DNA of 64,000 nt from Squalus acanthias (taxonomy: Eukaryota). Of this stretch, positions 37,313-50,671 are shown piece by piece. The notes under the pieces were generated by a model that did no database searches, was not told the origin of the DNA, and saw nothing but the letters and a program-made list of their open reading frames with translations. The stretch spans positions 11,222,001 to 11,286,000 of the forward strand of contig CM059446.1 in the NCBI GenBank assembly GCA_030390025.1, in the 5' to 3' direction. The first letter of the stretch is position 1. Each line of letters starts with the position of its first letter. The translations under genes and the position numbers were made by a program.

Positions 37313-37427
37313 TCGGCCTTGAGCGGAGGATGCTGGATCACGATCAGCAAAGGGAACTCTAGGCAATTGTTTCCCTCCTTAACTCCTTAACTGAGGCCAA
37401 TTGGACTGGTTTCACTAACACAGCACA

Positions 37428-37900
37428 GAAAGAAAGACTTGCATTTATGTAGCACCTTTCACGACCACCGGACGTCCCAATGCGCTTTACAGCCAATGAA
37501 GTACTTTTTGATGTGTAGTCGCTGTTGTAATGTGGGAAACACGGCAGCCAATTTGCGCACAGCAAGCTCCCGCAAACAGCAATGTGATAATGACCAGATA
37601 ATCTGTTTGGTGATGTTGATTGAGGGATAAATATTGGGCAGGACACCGGGGATAACTCCCCTGCTCTTCTTCGAAATAGTGCCATGGGATCTTTTACGTC
37701 CACCTGCGAGAGCAGACGGGGGCCTCGGTTTTAACGTCTCATCTGAAAGACGGCACCTCCGACAGTGCAGCACTCCCTCAGCACTGCACTGGAGTGTCAG
37801 CCTAGATTTTGTGCTCGAGTCTCTGGAGCGGAACTTGAACACACAACCTTCTGACTCAGAGGCGAGGGTGCTAACAACTGAGCCACTGGCTGACACACAG
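37428..37900 (-). mobile_element. Full-length tRNA-headed Deu-domain SINE
   Basis: A-box TGGCTCAGTTG and B-box GTGTTCAAGTTCC on the minus strand, Deu body, L2-like tail. Confidence 0.9.
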
Positions 37901-38226
37901 AGGGCGGATCGACCTTTGAACTCTCCTGGTGGCCTGCTTTGAGACTAATGCTATTTTTGGCTGGCTTCCTGAAGGCACGCAAGAGCGAAGGTTTCCTATC
38001 AGATATTCACTTCCGCTTGCATGAGGTGTCTGGCCTCCACTCTGTACTTCTTAGAGCAACGTGGCTAAGCTCAGGCCCTCCGGAGAGTGGAGCATCAGCC
38101 TTGCATCCAACCACTGTAAGATGCTCCAACACACACAATATCACCGGGCCATCTCCGGGATGTATTTTTAAAAAGTGCATTTTGTGATTTTATTTGAACT
38201 GCTCAATTAATTTAGTGCGTCGTAAC

Positions 38227-38457
38227 CAATGTTCTCTTTAAGCCGCGCGAGCGCGCAGCGCTCTGGAGGCCCCGCGCAGGCGGCTCACCGGCTCTTGAAT
38301 GGAATGGAAAAACCGCGCATGCGCGGAAATTTGAATGGGCCGCGCATCCCGTTAAAGGGGCCGCGCAGCCCGTTAAAGGGGCCACGCAACCCGTTAAAGT
38401 GGCCACATAGCCCGTTAAAGGGGCCACGCACCCTCCAAAAAATTAAAGAGAACATGG
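38227..38457. mobile_element. hAT-like MITE with an internal 4 x 21-bp tandem array
   Basis: TIR CAATGTTCTCTTTAA / TTAAAGAGAACATGG; unit CCCGTTAAAGGGGCCRCGCAN at 38348-38430. Confidence 0.7.
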
Positions 38458-39290
38458 CAGATGGAATATAATGTGTATAAATGTGAAGTTATCCACTTTG
38501 GTAGAAAAAACAGAAATGGAGAGTATTTCCTAAATGGTGAAAGATTGGGGAATGCAGATGCTCAAAGGAACCTGGGTGTCCTTGTACATGAGTCACTAAA
38601 GTGAATGTGCAGGTGCAGCAAGCCATTAGGAAGGCAAATGGTATGCTGGCCTTCATTACAAGAGGATTTGAGTACATAAGTAAAGAAGTCTTACTCCAAT
38701 TATATAGGGCCTTGGTGAGACCACACCTGGAGTACTGTGTACAATTTTGGTCTCCTTACCTAAGGAAGGATATATTTGCCATAGAGGGAGTGCAATGAAG
38801 GTTCATGAGATTGATTCCTGGGATGGCAGGACTGTCGTATGAGAAGAGATTGAGTAAACTAGGCCTGTATTCTCTTGAATTCAGAAGAATGAGAGGGGCT
38901 CTCATTGAAGCATACAAAATTATTACAGGGCTTGATAGGGTGGATGCTGGGAGAATGTTTCCCTTGGCTGGGGAGTCTAGAAACAGGGGCTACAGCCTCA
39001 GGTTAAAGGGTAGGCCATTCAGGACTGAGATGAGAAGAAATTTCTTCACACAGAGGGTGGTGAATCTTTGGAATTCTCTACCCCAGAGGGCTGTGGAGGC
39101 TCAGTCATTGGGTATATTCAAAACAGAAGTCGATAGATTTCTGACTAGTAAGGGCATCAAGGGATATGGCGATAGGGCTGGTGAATGGAATTGAGGCAGA
39201 AGATCAGCCATGATCTCATTGAATGGCGGAGCAGGCTCGAAGGGCCGAATGGCCTACTCCTGCTCCTATTTCTTATGTTCTTATGTTCTT
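38452..39290 (+). mobile_element. CR1 LINE 3' portion, decayed
   Basis: QVQQAIRKANGMLAFI..RPHLEYCVQFWSP; stop codons split ORFs 38601-38798 and 38805-39194. Confidence 0.9.
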
Positions 39291-40209
39291 AACTCACCCT
39301 CAGGTGTCTGTTATTCTTTCGACAGCAAGAACTTGGATTAACAGAGAGATGGTTGACATGTATTTTTTCCCCCTCCACCTTTTGCTGGGCTTTGGCTCTA
39401 TGGGTGTCCAACCACCGCGATTACCTTGCTCCAGTGGCACACATCCTTCGTGCGTGAACCTTGTCAGTGAGTGTCCATAGACTATTCAACTGTGGTTGGT
39501 CTGATCTTGCCTTTACCCGATGTGCAGCAGAGAGCTGTCAGTAATGGTTGAAGCTTGGCCGATTTTTCTCTCTTATAGTCTAATGGCACTTTTGGCTAAT
39601 TGTAGCTCCACTGGTTGAAATCAGTTAATTCAGCTGGTTGGCACAAGTCAAAAGTGCACTCGGCCCTTAGGATTTAAACCATCAGCGGAGCTACTGAACC
39701 TACGATTTAATCTACAACATCACAGTATAATCATGGACATCCAAACAAAGTTGGCGGTATAAGGTTGGAGATCAATTTGAAGTTTACCACAGAGATTGTG
39801 TCTGGGGCAGGGTTTTGAAGCTACGCTCACACACACACACTCAGAAATGGTTGACCACACATCCTCCTTAAGTAACATTAACTGCTGGCTTGTTTCTGTC
39901 ACTTCCTGTTGATTCCTGCATACATAGACATGCTCTGTGGTATTTTATCAAACTTTTCATTTGTTCCCTCATGTCATCCTCCCCCATTCTCAGTGTGAAT
40001 TGGAAAACTCATTAAAGTATCATGAAATGGAGTCAACTTCGTAATCATGTACAGATGTGCCTAACCCTAAACTTTTGATGATCTTCATCAATAAAAGAGC
40101 TTTACCAAAAATATCCCCTCTGAAAGAGTAAACAGTTAAAACAGATTTTAATCAGCTGAATTTCCTTTATTTGTGGCAATTCCGGGAGTTCTGAATATCA
40201 ACATATTAT

Positions 40210-40428
40210 ATCTGGCCAACATTTATTCTTCAACCAATACCACTAAAACAGATTATCTGGTCATTATCACATTGCTGTTTGCGGGAGCTTGCTGTGCGCA
40301 AATTGGCTGCCGCGTTTCCTACATTACAACAGTGACTGCACCTCAAAAAGCACTTCATTGGCTGTGAAGCGCTTTGGGACGTCCTGAGGTTGTGAAAGGC
40401 GCTATAGAAATGCAAGTCTTTCTTTCTT
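40210..40428 (+). mobile_element. Deu-domain SINE 3' half
   Basis: Same consensus as other copies. Confidence 0.85.
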
Positions 40429-40885
40429 GCTAAGTGATGCTATTACTGACCAGGTAGGGGACTGACCAAAGAAAAAGTAGGAAGCAGGTACGAATCCTAC
40501 CAATCAGCTACGAATAAAGCAAATGGAAGGAGCAGAGGGAGAACCAATTAAATTCAAATATTTTTTGAAAATATTTTTGCGACAGAGAGCGAAAGAAATT
40601 CAGTCCATGACTTGGCGAAAGTCTTAAAACTCCAATTTAGAATTACTGCCAATTAAATCCTGTCGTGATGGTTCTACCCCCCCCCCCCCCAAAGTAGCTT
40701 TCTTCTCCCTTGCTACCTCTCCCTAAGTCCAGCTCCATGTCAGTTGAGGATGAGGATGGCAGACTCAAAAGTAAAAGAGCCCACAGTTTTCTGCCCACTC
40801 AGGCCCAGGAATGGCTCCCATAATGGGTCCCAGATCCACGCAAAGCGAATTTAACAGGGCCCCCATGGATCACTGAGCTTGATCG

Positions 40886-41361
40886 TCAGCTGTGGCTCAG
40901 TTGGTCGCACATTTGCCTCTGAGTCAGAAGGATTGTGGGTTCATAATCCCACTCCAGGGACTTAAGCACATAAAAAAGCTAGGCTGATACTCCAGTGCAG
41001 TGCTGAGGGAGCGCTGCACTGTTGGAAATGCTGCCTTTCAGATGAGATGTTAAACCGAGGCCCCGTCTGCTCTCTCAGGTGGACGTAAAAGATCCCATGG
41101 CACTATTTCGAAGAAGAGCAGGGCGTGTTCTGTCCCGGTGTCCTGGGGTCAATATTTATCCCCCAATCAACATAACAAAAACAGATTATCTGGTCATTAT
41201 CGTATTGCTGTTTGTGGGAGCTTGCTGTGCGCAAATTGGCTGCCGCTTTTCCCACATTACAACAGTGACTCCACTTCAAAAAAGTACTTCATTGGCTGCA
41301 AAGCGCTTTGAGACGTCCGGTGGTCGTGAAAGGCGCTATCTAAATGCAAGTCTTTCTTTCT
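40886..41361 (+). mobile_element. Full-length tRNA-headed Deu-domain SINE
   Basis: A-box TGGCTCAGTTGG at about 40893, B-box GGGTTCATAATCCC, Deu body, AAATGCAAGTCTTTCTTTC tail. Confidence 0.9.
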
Positions 41362-41399
41362 TGGAGAATCTGCTGAACCTGCAGTCCGTGATTTTTTTA

Positions 41400-41762
41400 A
41401 TTCATCCTCGTGGATGTCGTTGGAAACACTCATTGCCCGTCCCGAGTTGCCCTGCTGTTGGGTACAGCTGAGCAGCTTGCCAGGCCACTTCAGAGGGTAG
41501 TTAAGAGTCGACCACGTTGGTGCGGGTCTAGAGTCACATGTAGGCCCAGACCGAGTAAGGACGACAGGTTTCCTTCCCCAAACGACATTAATGCACCAGT
41601 TCGGTTTTTATGGTCACTTATTTTTCCAGAATTTTAGATCAAAAAACTGAAATAAAATTCTCAAACTGCCATAGTGGGACTTGAACTCACATATACCGAG
41701 ATTGTTAGTCCAGGCTTCTGGATTACTGCTCCAGTAACATAACCACGACACTCCCGTACCCG
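41400..41762 (-). mobile_element. Second tRNA-headed SINE family, tail related to the LINE at 56662-57094
   Basis: Minus-strand GAGTTCAAGTCCC B-box at about 41676-41688; tail AGGGCAACTCGGGACGGGCAATGA resembles AGGGCAATTGGGGATGGGCAATAA at 57022. Confidence 0.6.
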
Positions 41763-41840
41763 GTTTTGTTGTTTATGTTGTTTAAGTGATCAATTACGAA
41801 CTGCAACATTCTAGGAAAGCGTCACACTCCAGTGTGCAAC

Positions 41841-42310
41841 TGGGATGGCAGGACTGTCGTATGAGGAGAGATCGGGTCGACTAGGCCTGTATTCACGAGA
41901 GTTTAGAAGAATGAGAGGGGATCTCATTGAAACGTAGAAAATTCTGACAGGGCTAGACAGACCGGATGCAGGGAGGATGTTTCCCCTGGCTGGGGGGGGG
42001 GTCTAGAACGAGGGGTCACAGTCTCAGGATACGGGGTAAGACATTTAGGACTGAGATGAGGAGAAATTTCTTCACTCAGAGGGTGGTGAGCCTGTGGAAT
42101 TCTCTACCACAGGAGGCTGTGGAGGCCAAGTCACTGAATATATTTAAGAAGGAGATAGATAGATTTCTAGACACAAAAGGCATCAAGGAGTATGGGGAGA
42201 GAGCGGGAATATGGTATTGAGATAGAGGATCAGCCACGATCATATTGAATGGCGGAGCAGGCTCGAAGGGCCGAATGGCCTTCTCCTGCTCCTATTTTTC
42301 TATGTTTCTA
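41841..42310 (+). mobile_element. CR1 LINE 3' end
   Basis: SRTRGHSLRIRGKTFRTEMRRNFFTQRVVSLWNSLPQ; TTCTATGT tail. Confidence 0.9.
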
Positions 42311-42794
42311 AACCAAATAGAACAGTGGGGGTAAAGGGTGTTCCCAGTGTGGAGCATTGCCCCCAGAAGTATATATTGGACTTCAGACATGTGCTTCCCA
42401 TGATTTTCTGTCTATTCATTTTAACGGCTGGAAAAATGGACTCGAATTCCCAATTGGTGCTCTCCCTGGGCACAACTCGGTGCTGGAAAGGGATTGTGCA
42501 AAATTAGCCCTATTTTTCTTTTCTTTCTCCTCATCACACATGTTTGTTTCTTCTTCTTTCCCTCTCTGACCTTGACCTTCCTTTGCCCTGAGAAAGGTTA
42601 CTGAATCAGGACTTAGACCCAAAAGCAAGCATGGCCAGACATCAGGATGGCAAATGGCGAGAGGGGAGCCTTAAGTTGACAGAGAGCATGAGCACGGCTC
42701 GAGCACAATTGGGATTTGGAAAACACAGTAGCCATTGGTCACCTTGGATCAGAGACTCAGAGGAGAGAGTATTGACCGGGTTAAGGATGTTCTC

Positions 42795-43372
42795 CTCCGT
42801 TCAGTCCGTAAGGGGGACCCCGAGCTCCCGGTGGCTTGTCACTTTAATTCTCAGCTCCACTCCCACTCTGACCTCACTGTCCTCGGCCTATTACACTGTT
42901 CCACGGAAGCTCAGCGTAAGCTCGAGGAACAGCACCTCATCTTTCGTTTAGGCACCCTACAGCCCTCTGGACTCAATATCGAGTTCAACAATTTCAGATC
43001 ATAACCTCAGCCCCTATCACATTTATATTTTATTTTTTCATCCACGCTTTTGTTTGGCCCCCCCCCCTTTTCTTTCCTCCCAGAAGCTGGCAGCTGTCCT
43101 TCATTCTGCCAGTGCATTTCACACTTCTTTTAGCCTCAACCTGTCACATTAACACCTCCTCTTGCCTTGATCATCTCTTAATGTCTCTTTATCTCTCCTT
43201 TTGTTCTTTCATCCCCTCCCCCTTTTCCCAGCTTTATCCTTGCTTTAAATCTATTTCATTTCCTGCTTTTTCCAGTTCTGACGAAAGGTCTTCGACCTGA
43301 AACGTCAACTCTGTTTCTCTCTCCACGGATGCTGCCTGGCCTGCTGAGTTTTTCCAGTGTTTTCTGTTGTTA
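42795..43372 (+). mobile_element. Penelope-like family A: GIY-YIG C-terminus and pLTR
   Basis: DPELPVACHFNS..HSHSDL.VLGL.HC..EAQRKLEEQHLIFRLGTLQPSGLN; 14-bp TSD TTAAGGATGTTCTC (42781-42794, 43373-43386). Confidence 0.92.
43274..43310 (+). ncRNA. Minimal type-I hammerhead ribozyme motif (Penelope family A pLTR)
   Basis: AGUU-CUGACGA-A-AGGUC(uuc)GACCU-GAAA-CG-UC-AACU; GUC cleavage triplet and palindromic ACGU stem III. Confidence 0.8.
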
Positions 43373-43589
43373 TTAAGGATGTTCTCATTTGGCTCAGTGT
43401 GTAAGTGTACTAGAAAGAGTGGTATTGTCATTTACAAACTAGGGAAGTTCAAGGCTCAATCCCTGGTCTCTGCTGAGAACCCAAAGCCCAAATCCTTTCC
43501 TGTACAAAGCCCCCAACGCCCATCAGCCCCATCCTCGGCCAACTCGATTGGCTTGCTGTCACCCAGTGAAATTGATTTCAAGATCATGG

Positions 43590-43750
43590 AATAACAACAA
43601 AAAGCGCTGGAAAAACTCAGCAGGCCAGGCAACATCCGTGGAGAGAGAAACAGAGTTAACGTTTCAGGTCGAAGACCCTTCGTCAGAACTGAGAAAAAAG
43701 CAGGAAATGAAACAGATGAGAAAGCAAGTTTGGGGGCTGGGGGAGGGAAT
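43590..43750 (-). mobile_element. Penelope-like family A pLTR fragment
   Basis: Reverse complement of about 43225-43372; forms an inverted pair with the neighbouring copy. Confidence 0.8.
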
Positions 43751-44299
43751 AGCCAAACGGAGATCCTCCTTCCACAGCCTTGCCCCATGCTACGTGGCAA
43801 TTCCTCTCCAACCATACATTCCAGCCTCGCTCTGCTCCACTAGTGGTGTCTGGTCTTCCAGCCATTGTACACTGGTCTGTGGAATTCACTTCACCTTACT
43901 GCCTCATTCTGTGCCTTCAAAATCTGCTAAAACATCATCTCTTTAAACTTTGATCCCCATCCCTTAGATTCCTTTGCCTCTTGTCTAGTCTCCATCTCTC
44001 CTTCTGGTACAGCATTCTGAGATGTTTATTTATGTTGGGAGTGCTGTATAAATGTGAGTTGTTGTTGACTTAGATGAGCTCAGCCAGGCTTGCACTGAAG
44101 GAATTCTAATTGGGGCATTACAATTAACCTCAGTGTTCTCAGGCTAGGGATGGGGGGGTTGGGTGGGGGAAAATCAGCTGCTGTTTCTGTTCCTGAGTGC
44201 TAGACAGTGGCCCCTGCTGGTAGGTATGCTTGGCTCCATTGTAATACCCACCAGGCTAGACTATCCTGCTGGCACTCAACAGTTCCAGACTTACACATA

Positions 44300-44765
44300 A
44301 AGAAAGGAAGACTTACATTTATATAGCACCTTTCACGACCTCAGGATGTCCCAAAGCACTTTACAGCCAATGAAGTACTTTTGGAGTGTAGTCACTGTTG
44401 TGATGTAGGAAACGCGGCAGCCAATTGCGCACAGCAAGCTCCCACAAACAGCAATGTGATAATGACCAGATAATCTGTTTTAGTGATGTTGATTGAGGGA
44501 TAAATATTGGCCAGAACACTGGGGAGAACTCCCCTGCTCTTCTAAGAAATAGTGCCAGGCGATCTTTTACGTCCACCTGAGAGAGCAGACGGGGCCTCGG
44601 TTTAACGTCTCATCTGAAAGACAAAACCTCCGACAGTGCGGCGCTCCTTCAGTACGGCACTGGAGTGTCAGCCTAGATTTTGTGCTCAAAATGTCTGGAG
44701 TGGGACTTGAACCCACAACCTTCGTGACTCAGAGGCGAGGGTGCTGCCATTGAGTCATGCTGACA
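44300..44765 (-). mobile_element. Full-length Deu-domain SINE
   Basis: Reverse-complement B-box GGGACTTGAACCC at 44702 and Deu body. Confidence 0.9.
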
Positions 44766-44984
44766 TCTAAAACATGAAGAAAATGGACACTTTGGTGAAT
44801 TTTACAAGCCTTCTGCCAGCCTGGATTCATACCCTGGCCCAAGTCATCGTCTTTGATGGAGGAGGGAAGAGAAAAACCTTTCCAAATACACCAAAATGTG
44901 CACAAATCATGCGTGCGATAATTCCTACTTGTCACATTTGTTCACAAAGTTCGACCGTGCGAACAAAAAATGGGCCTACTTCCC

Positions 44985-45408
44985 TGCACATGCCCGATAC
45001 AAGACTCCCAAAACAAGCGCTCTACTTGGAGTTCCAACGCGGCAAGAGAGCCCCAGGTGGGCAGAGGAAACGCTTCAAGGACACCCTCAAAGCCTCCTTG
45101 AAAAAGTGCAACATCCCCACCGACACCTGGGAATCCCTGGCCCAAGACCGCACAAAGTGGAGGAAAAGCATCCGGGAAGGCGGCGAACACCTCGAGTCTC
45201 TTCGCCGGGAGCAAGCGGAAGCCAAGCGCAAACAGCGGAAGGAGCGCACGTCAACCCAAGCACCCCACCCACCCGCCCCTTCAACCACCGTCTGCCCCAC
45301 CTGTGACAGAGACTGTAGGTCCCGCATTGGACTCATGAGTGACCTGAGAACTCATTTTTAGTGTGGAAGCAAGTCATCCTCGGTTCCGAGGGACTGCCTA
45401 AGAAGAGA
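44985..45408 (+). mobile_element. RTE-clade LINE 3' end
   Basis: MPDTRLPKQALY.E...GKRAPGGQRKRFKDTLKASLK..WESLAQDR.KWR...CPTCDRDCRSRIGL; GAAGAAGA tail. Confidence 0.9.
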
Positions 45409-48128
45409 AGACAGGGTGACACACAGACAATGATCATTTTAAGAACGTTTTCCTCAAGGACAACCCACTTAACAGATTCAGAAACAGAAGTCTCAATAAA
45501 AACATTTCGACCGACGGTGTAAAATAAATGTGTCGAAGCCAGTCGGCCCCTTCCCTCTCCTTCGCCTTCCCAACTTCCATAGGTCAAATGGCTGGCTCAC
45601 TGACAGCTCATGTGGATTTAAACTGAATGAACTGTATTCCTGTAAACAGGTCTTGGAACGAGATTTTCTAATTCCAGCTTCCAATTTCCAACCAATTTTT
45701 GTACTGTCGGCCAGTATACACTGGGGAACTGCCCGAGACCACGAGAATTCTTGTACAAAGTGTGACTGAATGTGCCGCATGGCGATCAATCTGACAGAAA
45801 TACTTAAACACAACCAGCCTATTCCATTCTACGTTTTCAGTGAGCATATACAAAGAAGAGAACCTCAAGCAATATTGATATTTTCTTTCCTCACGCTGAC
45901 ATCTTCGATACTTGACACATATTTAACATCCACCACCATATCAATAACAACACAAAGTGTCGGTACTGTCAGATTATCCATCAGCGGTGCTTTAATCTTC
46001 CCCCTTGCTTAGTGTTATTGTAAGATGTACAGAAAAAGCCTCTTAATTGATTTAAAAAAAAAACATTCTTTAAACCAAAAGGAACACAACAGAGTTTCAA
46101 ATCAAAATGGATTTCAAATTTATTACATAATGATATTCCTACTCTTGGAAACAATATGGATTTTCTGTCGTACTTGCAATGGGGAGGCGGAACCAAGTGC
46201 CTTATGCAGACTGGAATATCAAGTAACAGTTTAGAATTAATGCACTGGGGATTTCAAAAGCAAAAGATATCAAAGGCAGTCTACGCCGGCTGCAGAAAGG
46301 AATGGAAAAAAAATCAGATATTTGTGGTAGAATCTAATTGAAAGGTAGAAACAGAGTGCAATACCTTCCTCATTTATTCCCGACCAGATACCTTAAACAT
46401 GTTAATAATCTCTTTAACAAATCGCTTTTAATGAGCTTAGGTCACTCTCCACTAATGAGCGACCAATTTTAGCTTCCATATTACGTCTTCAACAGCCTGC
46501 AGATTGCTAAATATTTCATTAGGGGCCAAGGCTGTAAAGATGTTTAACCCTTCCCTCACCAGGAAAACAAGTACTCCTTACAGCTGGAACCACAGATCGC
46601 TTGGGACGGGAGCCTTCATGGGAAAAGGACAAATCACCCTTTCTTCTCGGCAGCGTAAGTCTGTCCGGGGAGATGAATGGATTTTTTTTTGGATGAACGC
46701 AAGTTTCTGCAGTGAAGCTGAAAGTTTAAACCAAAGAAAAATTTAGAACACATCCAGTAATGGATGATTGAAGCGTGAATTTGAAAAGTGGTTCCAAGTT
46801 AGTCTTAACACAGTGACGATATCCATAAACATATCAGTTGACACCAGAGCTTATGTATGCCGCATTATGTATCCCCTTCACAGGCCATATTGAAATAAAC
46901 ATACACATCGCTTTCACTGAACAGATAGTTCATAATTAACAATATTAGACATGCATCGTCAGTGGAGTGAATTCACTGCACCATATGCTATCTTATTGGA
47001 TAAGTGTACCTTGTAATGTGACACCAAGTCTCACAAGAACATAAGAAATAGGAGCAGGAGTAGACCATTCTTCCCTTTGAGCCTGCTCCGCCATTCAATA
47101 AGATCGTGGCTGATCTTCGACCTCAACTCAACACATGGACCAGGAGGAGCCTAGGTTTGATCCCTAGTCTCTGCAGAGTTATGTTATCTCAGCCAAGATT
47201 ATTAAGTTATTCCAGTGGCGCTATAATTAGCTTAAAAAACCCCAGGCTCTGGAGGGGTGAAGTGACCCGGGGCTCCCATTAATGATCGCTGCCTGGCCAG
47301 CCCTGCAGGAAAGTGCGCATGTGTGTGGATGTAAAATTGGAATGGGATTGGGTTCTGTTGCCAAGAGACATGGGGTGAAATTCGACATGGGCGGCGATGC
47401 AAAACAGGCAGAATCGCATCGGTTGCCTGTTATACGCTCTGACCGATATTCACTTCCATAAACTTCACTGGAACTGAACATTGGGCGTGTCGTGTAACGG
47501 TCGGCAAATGCGATTCCACCATGTTTAATCAAAGATCCCGAGTGTCAATGTCATGTGGATTTGCACCAACTCAAAACAAAACAACTTTAAGAAAAAAGTC
47601 TTGACGTTGCACAGCAAGTACAACTTGATCTTATTGTATTTACTTCTTCCTAAGCTACCCTAACGAATGTTATAAACCGAGTAGGTTGCTTGCAAGCGGT
47701 ATTCTGTTTGGGTGGCACAGCTGTTTTGGAGTGTGACTAAAGATTCTACTGAGATTGCAGACGTAAGAGGATAAACACAAGAGTAGGGGTTTACTAAAGG
47801 AATCAAGACAACTCATGACCCTGGGAGCTAAGCCACCAACTCAGCCTTTGATCTGGTGGGTTATGTACTTCCCAATGTCACTATGTGGTTATTTTTTGGG
47901 TAAACACTGCTCCTGCCTTTTATCCACCATGCTTACAGTGAGGCCAGCTCAGATGTATACTGAAACAGTTTAACTGTCCAACAGCAAGAGACATAATGGT
48001 TATAAACAAGAAGCTTTCTGAAGGGAAGTACAACTGAAACTGATGTCAATGGCTCATGGCAGGTAAAACGTCCAGTTAGGTTGCCAACAACTTGCCAATG
48101 GACCCAATTCTAAACCATTCCAAAAATA

Positions 48129-48609
48129 AGAAGTCGCACAACACCAGGTTATAGTCCAACAGATTTATTTAATTTTACAAGCTTTCGGAGCAGTTCGCTC
48201 CTTCGTCAGGTAAGTTTAGCAGTGAGAGAATCTCCCAGAATTCACAATTTAAACACAGACAAAATATATTCAAATCTTTCCCACATCAAAGAGCATAGCC
48301 AAGACAATGAGATGTGTCCCAGGGGGTCCAACGTGTCAAACCACCTGCTGGCTGCATATCCTGTCAATCTGTGTAGGTTCTTGTGTTAGCCTTTTTTTTT
48401 AAAAAACACCTGGGAAGACCGGCCATGATGTCAATTCACGTTCTGTATCGTGACATGAACCCGATATCGCGATTGAGGCCCTCCTCATGAGTGCGGAACT
48501 TGGCTATCAGTTTCTGCTCTATGATTTTGCGCTGTCGTGTATTTCGAAGGCCGCCTTGGAGAACGCTTACCCGCATATCCGAGGCTGAATGCCCCTGGCT
48601 GCTGAAGTG
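48129..48609 (-). mobile_element. Penelope-like family B: GIY-YIG C-terminus and pLTR
   Basis: EHFSSQGHSASDMRVSVLQGG..RQRKIIEQKLIAKFRTHEEGLNRD; TSD TTCCAAAAATA (48118-48128, 48610-48620). Confidence 0.9.
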
Positions 48610-48727
48610 TTCCAAAAATAGGCATCGCCTGCTCAAATTCTACTTCCTACACGTTTATTTCCCAAATTGTAGAACACAAAACAATAATTTGTCTCCAAAT
48701 CGGGATTGTATATCTTCATTTGTATAT

Positions 48728-49333
48728 AGCAGCACTCTGGCCTCTGAGTCAGAAGGTTGTGGGTTCAAGTCCCACTCCAGAGACTTGAGCACATAAAGCT
48801 AGGCTGACACTCCAGTGCAGTGCTGAGGGAGTGCTGCACTGTCGGAGGTGCCGTCTTTTGGATGGGCCGTTAAACCGAGCCCCCATCTATCCTCTCAGGT
48901 GGATGTAAGAGATCCCATGGCATTTTTCCTTGGAGCAGAGAAGGCTAAGAGAAGATTTGATAGAAGTGTTTAAAATCATGACGGCTTTAGATAGAATAAA
49001 TAAAGAGAAGCAGTTTCCAATGGCTGAAGGGTCGGTAACCAGAGGGCACAGATTTAAGGTGATTGGCAAAAGAACCAGAGGCCACATGAGGAAAAACTTT
49101 TTTACGCAACGAGTGGTTAGGATTTGGAATGCGCTGCCTGATAGGGCAGTGGATACAGATTCAATAGTAGCCTTCAAAAGGGAATTGGATAAATACTTGA
49201 AGGAGAAAAAATTGCAGGGATATGGGGAAAGAGCGGGGGAGTGGGACTAACTGGATTGCTCTTCGAAAGAGCCGGCACAGACTCGATGGGCTGAATGGCC
49301 TCCTTCTGTGCTGTACTATTCTATGATTCTATG
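48728..49333 (+). mobile_element. Deu-SINE 5' half (to about 48922) joined to a CR1 3' end
   Basis: GGGTTCAAGTCCC B-box and Deu start, then EQRRLREDLIEVFKIM..RIWNALP and (ATTCTATG)n tail. Confidence 0.85.
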
Positions 49334-49614
49334 AAGGAAATGGAAATCTTATGTCAGTGAAATTCGAAGCACTTTTCAGGAATTGCTAGGGTCTGTAGTT
49401 GGAGTTTTACCTTGCATCTAATGCTGGGGATGTTTGAAGCAGACTTAAAAGGTCCAAAAAGGCAAAAACTGTACCATGTGACTCGAGAGCATTGGTATTC
49501 TTCAAAATGAGTACAAAAAATTCAAAGGTGAATATAGTTTAACGACTCTTTCTCCTTATGCAAATGTGGAATCAAGATCACCTTGATCTGTTCACAACGG
49601 CCTAACACTGGGAT

Positions 49615-50180
49615 CTTTTAATTGGAGAGGCATTGACTTTAAGGTGACGTGACTGAGGTTTTGAAAATGATAAATGGAATAGATTCTCTTTGAGTGGATA
49701 GATTACTTGAGATGGATAGGGATGGATGAAATAGGGACCACCAGTACAAGTTATGAAAACGTAGAGTTAGGTTAGGTATCAGGAAGTATTCCTTTTCACA
49801 GAAAGTCATTGACCTCTGGAGTCGATTACCAAAATGAGTGGTCAGTATGGATTCACTGCAGTCCATCAGAAGGTAGCTAGATCAGTTCCTGAGAGTCAAG
49901 GACATCTCAAGTTCTAGAAGGTAGGTGGCGGGTAGCTTGAATTATTCATACCAGTTACTCCAGTGTCCTAGAGTTTGCGTTTGGGTGTGTGTGTGTGTGG
50001 TGGGGGGGGGGGTGGATGGGAATTTCCCAGAGTTTTTTGATAAATTGGTCCAAGGATTTTTTGATCTCTCACAGGAGATTGTGTGATGGTGTCAATGGTG
50101 CATGTAGACTGTACCCTGTCTGGATGGGACAGGCTTGATGGACCAATAGGTCTTTTCCCGTTCTTTTTCATATGTTCGTG
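49615..50180 (+). mobile_element. Old, diverged CR1 3' end
   Basis: AAGGTGACGTGACTGAGGTTTTGAAAATGATAAATGG...GACCTCTGGA...GATGGACCAATAGGTCTTTTCC. Confidence 0.65.
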
Positions 50181-50671
50181 ATTGTAAAACCAATGCCTCT
50201 TTATGATGACTTGGCATCCATTTGGTGTAGAACACCACTTTGGAGGGAAAGAGGTCGGGGGGGCAGAGGAATAGATGATCCCCCCCCTGACCTTACTGTT
50301 GTGTGGTCACTAAAGAATCATTCAGTTGCAAAAACCAAGTTTTGAGTTCCCCCCCATCCCATTTTTCTCCCCATCTCTCTTGAAGACCTCTGTCACCACC
50401 TGGGGCGGGGCTCCATTACCTCATCTAACAGGTAAGTCTTAATGGGTGAGCTCAGTCAGTGAATGTTGGCAGGGTATTCAAACCTTCCCTAGTCTCTACC
50501 CAACACCCACACAGGAGGGTTCACTGGACAGCGATTAGGAATTTGAACATTGATGGATTTGTTTTCCACCTCCCCCACCCCTCCCAACCACACTAACTCA
50601 GCAACATTGAGGCTACTTCCTGTCACCATAGCTGTGATCAGCACAGACCTTGGATCCCTCCTAGTTAAGTG

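Noticed and set aside
40886-40960. tRNA genes suggested by A and B boxes (also at 50675 and 61630)
   Set aside because: They are SINE heads followed directly by the Deu domain; I could not fold a complete cloverleaf.
44774-45361. 195-aa ORF as a host zinc-finger gene
   Set aside because: The C-terminal two thirds is an RTE 3' end duplicated at 1-289; the N-terminal part is chance read-through.
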